Shown here one piece after another: positions 57,829 to 64,000 of a stretch of DNA of 64,000 bases. The stretch lies in IMG/VR virus record IMGVR_UViG_3300025154_001556; one strand, written 5' to 3'. Position 1 is the stretch's first letter, and each line of letters starts with the position of its first letter. The DNA is from a virus. Taxonomy: Duplodnaviria > Caudoviricetes. Below the pieces are notes generated by a model. The model saw only the letters and a list, made by a program, of their open reading frames with translations. It had not been told where the DNA came from and did not search any database. The translations under genes were made by a program, and so were the position numbers.

Positions 57829-57841
57829 AGCCTCACCTTAT

Positions 57842-58282
57842 TTAAGTTTGTAGTTTTAAGACACCCTCTATTTCCTCATCTTCCCAGCCTATGTAAATTT
57901 CTTCTTGGATGTCAGTAAGAGCTAAAAAATATATATTATTGAGTACTGTTTGCACAACTTCGTACATCAATGTATTATCTGCCATTGAATATCTATGTAA
58001 AAATCCCTCGGGACTATTTAGAGACTCATCTATATTGGAGAACACATCTCCTGTTAGAAACTCGCCGTATTCTATGATAAAGGTTAGATAATTATCATGA
58101 TTAGGAGATGATACATATATTTGCATATCGTCTTCACTAACTAACCCTTCAACAACTAATAATCCCTCTGTTACAGGCATCCACAAACCATTACTGCGTA
58201 AGTAATTTATGGCAGAAGGACTTAAACCTTTAAATCTACTATCATTATCAAGTACATGTACTATATTTAGTATATCAAGCAT
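57842..58282 (-). CDS. Hypothetical protein
   Basis: 146 aa ORF. Confidence 0.5.
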   Translation of the reverse strand: MLDILNIVHVLDNDSRFKGLSPSAINYLRSNGLWMPVTEGLLVVEGLVSEDDMQIYVSSPNHDNYLTFIIEYGEFLTGDVFSNIDESLNSPEGFLHRYSMADNTLMYEVVQTVLNNIYFLALTDIQEEIYIGWEDEEIEGVLKLQT

Positions 58283-58294
58283 ATAAAGCCTTAA

Positions 58295-59575
58295 TTAACA
58301 TAATTTTTTATCTTGTAGTAAGTCAGCTAGTGCTATTAGACCACCTCTATGTGAGTTTGGTAGTTCAACATAAGCTAAACTTTTATGTGGTAGAATTCTT
58401 AATAATTTTAGTAAGCCTGATTCAGAAGGTCTTACAACATTGTATGTTTGTGCTAAATCACCTAATAGTATTAGTTTACTTCCTTTATTAGCCCTTGATA
58501 ATATCATACTCATAGTATCTATATCTATAAGTTGGCATTCATCACAAATCATTATGTCTGATTCTAATATACTCATACCTTGAATTACATTTATTGGCAC
58601 AGCTTCAAATTTATCTTGAAAGTATCTATCCTTAACTATATCATACTTTATACTATTTTGGTCTTTACTTGATCCTTGATTTCTGGTATTAGCATATAGA
58701 TAATATAATGCACTTAATATACCAGCAAACCACGCTTCCATTTTTGCTTGTTTATCACCGGGCAAGAACCCTATATCGTATTTATGGCTTATACCAATTG
58801 GAGGTCTGGTGATAAATATTTTATTGTCACTGTTGCAAGATAAGGCATAGGCTGTGCTTAGTAAAGTTTTCCCTGTTCCCCATTTACCAGTAATTAAAAC
58901 ACCGTCAGCTTCTGTCATAGCGTATATAGCACATATTTGGTATATATCCAGCGCTTTTAGTTTATTACCCTCCACAACAACTTCTCTATACTCAGGCATA
59001 TTATCTATACGTGACACTGTGCCTTTAATAGGGTTAGTAGCATATACGTAAGCATTATTTAATATAACAAACTTCCAGCATTCAGTGTCTATGTCTAATT
59101 GTAATTCTATATTAAAATCATATAAACTGTAATTTTGTAAGTAAGTAAAGTTCTCTGGTAGATCTTTGATATCTAAATGTATGTATGGTTTAAATATACC
59201 GTTTGGTATAATATCATATAATACAGTGTCCACACCCTTAGTTGCCGCTATAACTGACATAGACAAATCTTTTGTGGCTAAGTCGGCTTTATTTTTTATA
59301 GCCGCGTCAATTATTAAAGTATCGTTTGTTTTTAATTCCTCGTTGTCAACAGCCAACACTAATCTGTTTGGGTGTGCTTCTCTAAAAGCAACTATTTCAT
59401 AGATTGCTGTTCTAGCACTATAAGATAAATCAGGATTAAATTTATGTTTATCAAGTTCTTTCAATACTGTTAATGGAACTATTACTTTTTCATATTTATT
59501 TAGCGACTTAAATAATATTTTAGGGTCATCTAATAATATATTTGTATCAATTAAGATATTTTTATTTTTTAACAT
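58295..59575 (-). CDS. phoH: PIN-domain PhoH-family ATPase
   Basis: PIN ILIDTNILL..VPLTVLKELD..NDTLII; Walker A GKWGTGKT; IGFLPG, ICDECQ, LLGDLAQ. Confidence 0.88.
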   Translation of the reverse strand: MLKNKNILIDTNILLDDPKILFKSLNKYEKVIVPLTVLKELDKHKFNPDLSYSARTAIYEIVAFREAHPNRLVLAVDNEELKTNDTLIIDAAIKNKADLATKDLSMSVIAATKGVDTVLYDIIPNGIFKPYIHLDIKDLPENFTYLQNYSLYDFNIELQLDIDTECWKFVILNNAYVYATNPIKGTVSRIDNMPEYREVVVEGNKLKALDIYQICAIYAMTEADGVLITGKWGTGKTLLSTAYALSCNSDNKIFITRPPIGISHKYDIGFLPGDKQAKMEAWFAGILSALYYLYANTRNQGSSKDQNSIKYDIVKDRYFQDKFEAVPINVIQGMSILESDIMICDECQLIDIDTMSMILSRANKGSKLILLGDLAQTYNVVRPSESGLLKLLRILPHKSLAYVELPNSHRGGLIALADLLQDKKLC

Positions 59576-59592
59576 ATATTGAATATTTCTCC

Positions 59593-60156
59593 TTATACAT
59601 TTTTAGTTAATTCTACATAAAATACAGAAAAAGTAAGTAGTTCAATAACTTTAATATTTATATCATCAATCTCCCTATTTATATTATTAATAATATAAGA
59701 CGTATCTTTCAAATGTTGTTTTAAAAAACTATGTGGTATAATAGTATTTATTAAACCAAGAGTCTCGTTTAACCTATTTACCATTTTTATTGTAAAGGCT
59801 TCTTTACTCATGGTATTTAAACATTTAATTAAATTATCGAGTTTGTTTTCATCAGTATTATGTGTAATTGGTGTGTTTAATTCAAGTACAAGATTAGTTA
59901 TCTTACTGCCGAATAAATCATAAATATCTTGTACTTCAACACCATCATAGGTTAGTATGTTTTGTAGTATTGATGCTGCTATTACTTCCTCATCATCTAC
60001 AAATCTGGCTAATAAACAAGCCACATACTCTGGGTGTATTGACTTATAATCATGTGTAGTTTTTCTTTCTTTATTTACTTTTGAAAAAAGTAAATAGGCG
60101 TCTCTAATAGTAGAGGATACTTCTAATTCGTTTAGTTCATTCATAGTTATCACCAT
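59593..60156 (-). CDS. RelA/SpoT-type HD domain, catalytically degenerate
   Basis: IHPEYVA..VIAASILQNILTY..DLFGSKITNLV..IKMVNRLNE aligns to HP..VA..AALLHDVIED..FG..VA.LV..KLADRLHN, with HD replaced by QN and ED replaced by TY. Confidence 0.65.
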   Translation of the reverse strand: MVITMNELNELEVSSTIRDAYLLFSKVNKERKTTHDYKSIHPEYVACLLARFVDDEEVIAASILQNILTYDGVEVQDIYDLFGSKITNLVLELNTPITHNTDENKLDNLIKCLNTMSKEAFTIKMVNRLNETLGLINTIIPHSFLKQHLKDTSYIINNINREIDDINIKVIELLTFSVFYVELTKNV

Positions 60157-60218
60157 AAAATAATGAAGTTCTTTAATACCTTATCTACTTATATAATGGT
60201 TAGATTAATATAAACAAA

Positions 60219-60614
60219 CTATTCTGTAATGTAAATAAAATTTATTACTGGATATGGCAACGTCACACCTTTGTCGGCCGAATAAAATTCAGCACCAGAT
60301 TCAACGGCTGTAATAACAAAATAAGTGTTTGTTTTAAATTCAACATTAGGACAAGTAATTACAGTTGCATTACGGTCGTTAATACTACATGCCAATACTT
60401 TATTACTCATATCTTGGTAATAGGAGTAATACAATCTATATTCCATAGTATTTGTTGTAACATTGTTGTAAGACCAAGTAACAGTTACATTTTTTTTAAT
60501 AGCTACAACTGTACTAGGGTAGCACATAAGTAATACAAATAAAATGGCGGCTGTAAAAAGTTGTATGTGCCTAACAATCCACATATAACACCTTTTCATA
60601 ACCTTGCGTACCAA
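60219..60614 (-). CDS. Secreted/membrane protein with Fn3-like domain
   Basis: Hydrophobic leader; VTVTWSY, YRLYYS and YFVITAV strands. Confidence 0.5.
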   Translation of the reverse strand: MVRKVMKRCYMWIVRHIQLFTAAILFVLLMCYPSTVVAIKKNVTVTWSYNNVTTNTMEYRLYYSYYQDMSNKVLACSINDRNATVITCPNVEFKTNTYFVITAVESGAEFYSADKGVTLPYPVINFIYITE

Positions 60615-60888
60615 TATTATATAAAATAGCTGAGTCTATTGGTAATACCATACGTATATATTTTATCTGCTTATCTATACTTATTGTCCATTCCTTAGTC
60701 GTGGCTTTGATTATATTTATATTATTGTATGCTAATAAATCGCACAACATAGGGCCTGCTTCTTTTCTACATGAACAAGAATCAAACACTAAATAAAACA
60801 CACTACGCTTATCAAAGGCTATATCTACAATAATTGGGTATAAAGCTGATTGAGTCATTATTATTTCCTTATTACAAAACAACTTCAT
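60571..60888 (-). CDS. Hypothetical protein
   Basis: 105 aa track ORF; true start probably the internal MTQSAL. Confidence 0.4.
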   Translation of the reverse strand: MKLFCNKEIIMTQSALYPIIVDIAFDKRSVFYLVFDSCSCRKEAGPMLCDLLAYNNINIIKATTKEWTISIDKQIKYIRMVLPIDSAILYNIGTQGYEKVLYVDC

Positions 60889-61117
60889 TTGTAATTAATG
60901 ATTTTATATGAACTGGATTACTGTTTATATCAACTACTTTTCCAAAAGCCAAGCAGTCAGGATTGTAGCATGTAAATAAAACTACCATCTCATTTACGCC
61001 GCCGGCCCTAAAAAATTGACCTATCGGTTCTAAGTTACTTTCTCCACAACTCTCACAATAGTATTTACTATTATTACACATTCCTTTATTCATACAATTT
61101 TGACAATTTAAGTTCAT
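60872..61117 (-). CDS. Cys-rich zinc-finger-like protein
   Basis: CQNC..C..CESC..C..C; AGGAG RBS. Confidence 0.55.
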   Translation of the reverse strand: MNLNCQNCMNKGMCNNSKYYCESCGESNLEPIGQFFRAGGVNEMVVLFTCYNPDCLAFGKVVDINSNPVHIKSLITNEVVL

Positions 61118-61139
61118 TTGTTGTTCTCCTTTAAATCAA

Positions 61140-61991
61140 TTAAAGCATAATAAGTGATTTTAATATATCTAACAAAGTCATTTTCTCATTTAAACCAATA
61201 GTTTTTAGATAATTTTCTCCAACTATCCAACGTTCCTTTGAATAAAACCTATCTTTATATATTATTTTAACAAATACAATATTATCTGGGTATATCCTTA
61301 TTATGTACATATCACCATCATCTAGTATAGTACTTTCCCTAAATGTGGTTTTACTTACTGTATCCCCTTGTTTAAAACTTTTAAATTCTTTTTCACAATA
61401 AGCTACTTTTTCTTGTTCAAATTTTAGATGCTGCTTGTAACTAAAATATTTAGCTGTTGTATTTGTTGTTGTAGGTAATATAAGCATAAAACTTATTATA
61501 GCTATCCAACCTTTAAAAGAAAGGCCTAAAACCCATCGTTTAATCCTATATAAAATACGTTTATCGCTGAGTTTAGATACACTAGTAGTTGGTATAATAA
61601 TATTGTCAGGAGATGCTTCTCCTCTTAGATGTTTATTGGCTATAACTATAAATGCCCTAGCATCAGGAGGTTTTACCATAATCATTTCTCTTGGTACTTT
61701 ATGAAATTCAACCAATTCACTTACTGTATCTTCTGGCAAGCTTCTAGATAATATAAGGCATTTATCAGGATCTGCACCACCTCTGCCCACAAGCTCTAAA
61801 CCGCTTTCTTTATTTTCTAGTATTGTATCAATGATATATAAGTCGTAGTCGTACCTCATCATACGTTCTCTGGCTTCTTTTAAACTACTAACTGAATGTA
61901 CTACACAGTCGTATGGTGCCAGTAATCCTTTGTATAGTTGTATCATAGCTAAACTTTCTTCAGCTATCAGTACTGCCTTTTTATTGGCCAT
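61140..61991 (-). CDS. Response-regulator receiver domain fused to a TM helix and extracytoplasmic region
   Basis: VLIAEES, YDLYIID (phospho-Asp), GLELV, ILSR, MVKP; TM segment WIAIISFMLILP. Confidence 0.7.
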   Translation of the reverse strand: MANKKAVLIAEESLAMIQLYKGLLAPYDCVVHSVSSLKEARERMMRYDYDLYIIDTILENKESGLELVGRGGADPDKCLILSRSLPEDTVSELVEFHKVPREMIMVKPPDARAFIVIANKHLRGEASPDNIIIPTTSVSKLSDKRILYRIKRWVLGLSFKGWIAIISFMLILPTTTNTTAKYFSYKQHLKFEQEKVAYCEKEFKSFKQGDTVSKTTFRESTILDDGDMYIIRIYPDNIVFVKIIYKDRFYSKERWIVGENYLKTIGLNEKMTLLDILKSLIML

Positions 61992-62004
61992 AGTTATAAC
62001 CCCG

Positions 62005-63081
62005 TTATTTAAATATAATATCTAAATCATAATTACAGGCTTTTATAACCGCCAAACAAGCCTCTACGACTTTATCGTCGTATAGTTTACCAGAACCTTT
62101 TACTATTTCTTCAATGGCCACAGTAACACCCAAAGAGGCCCTATATGGTCTATGTGAAGCCATAGCCTCTACTACATCAGCTACACTGATTATTTTAGCT
62201 TCTATGGATATTTGGTCACCCCTTAAACCATTAGGATAACCAGAACCATCTAGCCTTTCGTGATGTTGTAATACCATACGGGCTATTGGTGCTTCAAAAG
62301 GAATATCACTAATTATATTGTATCCTTCTATGACATGTTTTTTTAATAATTTAAATTCTGTTTCACTTAATCTAGTTGGTTTAACTAATAACTCTTGCGG
62401 AACATAGAATTTACCTATATCATGGAGCATACCTGCCAGTTTTATATGTTCGATTTGGGATTCATCTAGGCCATAATACTCGGATATTTTTATTGCTAAC
62501 GCCGTTACGCGTTTTTGGTGCCCAGCTGTGTATGGGTCACGTATCTCCATAGTTTTTGATAAAGCTTCAACAGTTTTGTATAAAACACTACTTAAATCTT
62601 TGTTAGCTACTGCTAGTTTTTCATTTGTTGCTGCTAGATTATCTGTTCTTTCTTTAACCAATTTTTCTAGTTGTTGTTGATACATCTGGTTATCTCTTAC
62701 CAAGTCATGTTTTTCTAGGCATTGAGTTACAGAATGTTTTAAAATTTCTAGTGTTATTGGTTTGGTTATAAAATCACAAGCACCTTTTCTTAAAGCATCT
62801 ACCACAAACTCATTACAAGTGTTACCTGTTATTATAATAATTTGTGATGGTGGATATAGTGCTTTTATTTTATCCATTAAATCTAAACCCATAGCATCAG
62901 GAAGACTTATGTCTAATAATACTATTGGTGGTGAGTATTTTTTAAAGGCGGCTATACCTTCAACTCCCTTAGTAGCATTAATTATATTGTCGAACCCAAT
63001 TACAGATAACATTGTACTTATAACAGCCAATATAGATTGATCATCATCTATTACAAGTATAGGTTCTTTTATTCTAGTCAT
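62005..63081 (-). CDS. REC-HD-GYP cyclic dinucleotide phosphodiesterase (RpfG-like)
   Basis: REC: ILVIDDD, LLDISLPD, ITG, FITKP. HD-GYP: RDPYTAGHQKRV, LHDIGK, HHERLDGSGYP, ADVVEAMASHRPYR. Confidence 0.93.
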   Translation of the reverse strand: MTRIKEPILVIDDDQSILAVISTMLSVIGFDNIINATKGVEGIAAFKKYSPPIVLLDISLPDAMGLDLMDKIKALYPPSQIIIITGNTCNEFVVDALRKGACDFITKPITLEILKHSVTQCLEKHDLVRDNQMYQQQLEKLVKERTDNLAATNEKLAVANKDLSSVLYKTVEALSKTMEIRDPYTAGHQKRVTALAIKISEYYGLDESQIEHIKLAGMLHDIGKFYVPQELLVKPTRLSETEFKLLKKHVIEGYNIISDIPFEAPIARMVLQHHERLDGSGYPNGLRGDQISIEAKIISVADVVEAMASHRPYRASLGVTVAIEEIVKGSGKLYDDKVVEACLAVIKACNYDLDIIFK

Positions 63082-63188
63082 TTAAATTCTCCAAAAACAG
63101 TAAAATATTTATTTACAAAGTAGTTATTACAAATAATAACACATTTATTTTCTCCATATTTAAATTAAAGTTAATTCTTATATTTTAT

Positions 63189-64000
63189 TTATAGTAAAAT
63201 ATTAACTTTAATATTATTTGTACCTGTTGATAATTTAGTTACATTTGTTTGTGTGTCACTATAAGAAATCACTGAATATTCAGAAGGTGTTTTAACCACG
63301 TACGAACCAGTTTCTGTATAATTAATAGTTACTTGATCTATACTTGGTGTCACTAGACTATCAGCAGACGTTAAAAGAAAAGCAAAATCAACAGTTTCTT
63401 CATCTGTAATATTATAGTTAGTAAACCCTGTTTCTATATCAGAAACGGTGCTCCATCCAGTTTTAGTGTCTATACCAGAATGAGTTGTAAATGAACCACT
63501 TATACAAGTTTCCCAAGTTGTTCTACCGTCAAAAGAAACCAGTGCTCCAACATCTGTATTGGTCGGTTCAGTAGTAGTGATAGTCATTGAATTTATACTT
63601 GAAATATAAGCCAGACTAATGTTATTTTGATCAGATGTTGTGACATACCACGGTGAAGTAGTATGAATAGATACCTCATTAGCTACCTCAACTACTCCTG
63701 AAGGCGCGTACTGACAGGAAGAGTGTAAGTATCTAGATGTTAACGAATTACCCATCCAGTATAGTTCGTCAAAAATTCTCCATGTTTGCCCGGCAGTAGC
63801 CGTGTAATAAGGATTAGTAGGTGACGTGGCAGGTGACTTATCTCCTAACCACACTCCTTTTTTATGTGACCAAATGTAGCCTGTACTGGGCTGAAAAGCT
63901 ATTCCTATAACATCTCCTTGAACCTGCGGAGTAGATATACTCTCATATATATTAATACCGGCCACTTGAAAAGCATAGTAATAATAAAAAGCCCAACCAA
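63189..64000 (-). CDS. Hypothetical virion-like protein (5'-partial)
   Basis: The frame of the 258 aa track ORF stays open to the window edge; S/T-rich beta protein. Confidence 0.5.
   Translation of the reverse strand, partial: GWAFYYYYAFQVAGINIYESISTPQVQGDVIGIAFQPSTGYIWSHKKGVWLGDKSPATSPTNPYYTATAGQTWRIFDELYWMGNSLTSRYLHSSCQYAPSGVVEVANEVSIHTTSPWYVTTSDQNNISLAYISSINSMTITTTEPTNTDVGALVSFDGRTTWETCISGSFTTHSGIDTKTGWSTVSDIETGFTNYNITDEETVDFAFLLTSADSLVTPSIDQVTINYTETGSYVVKTPSEYSVISYSDTQTNVTKLSTGTNNIKVNILL

Noticed and set aside
1-64000. tRNA, rRNA, CRISPR arrays, integrase or tail sheath genes
   Set aside because: No cloverleaf or T-loop signatures, regular repeat-spacer arrays or matching protein motifs found by eye; a tRNAscan-SE run would be needed to exclude tRNAs fully.

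Overview
A 64-kb, AT-rich segment of a large tailed bacteriophage. Essentially all real genes are on the minus strand; the + strand ORFs in the track are antisense shadows. In transcription order (right to left): an accessory block (membrane-anchored receiver protein, REC-HD-GYP phosphodiesterase, SpoT-like HD pseudo-hydrolase, PIN-PhoH, wHTH protein plus origin-like repeats, ClpP, coiled-coil protein, volactin-like actin, GH24 endolysin, a cold-shock gene split by a group I intron, dNMP kinase, HD hydrolase); the packaging/head module (terS candidate, terL, holin-like, HNH, portal, protease, scaffold, cement, major capsid); virion accessory proteins; neck genes; a domain-duplicated tail tube; two chaperone candidates; and a giant ORF absent from the ORF track because it runs off the left edge (TTG start at 17766, at least 5922 codons). 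Hand translation shows this giant protein is a tape measure protein carrying, in one chain, a two-barrel RNA polymerase (beta-like motifs FEDQILVS, GRKFTTRFGSKGVS, PIDVRISSLGAGKRG followed by beta-prime-like motifs RYP..SIQP and LDFDGD), a PD-(D/E)XK nuclease domain and a TP901-type tape measure core. A tail-tape-fused virion RNAP has precedent in Thermus phage P23-45; the added nuclease and this genomic context look unusual. All family assignments come from motif recognition by eye; no database searches were run.
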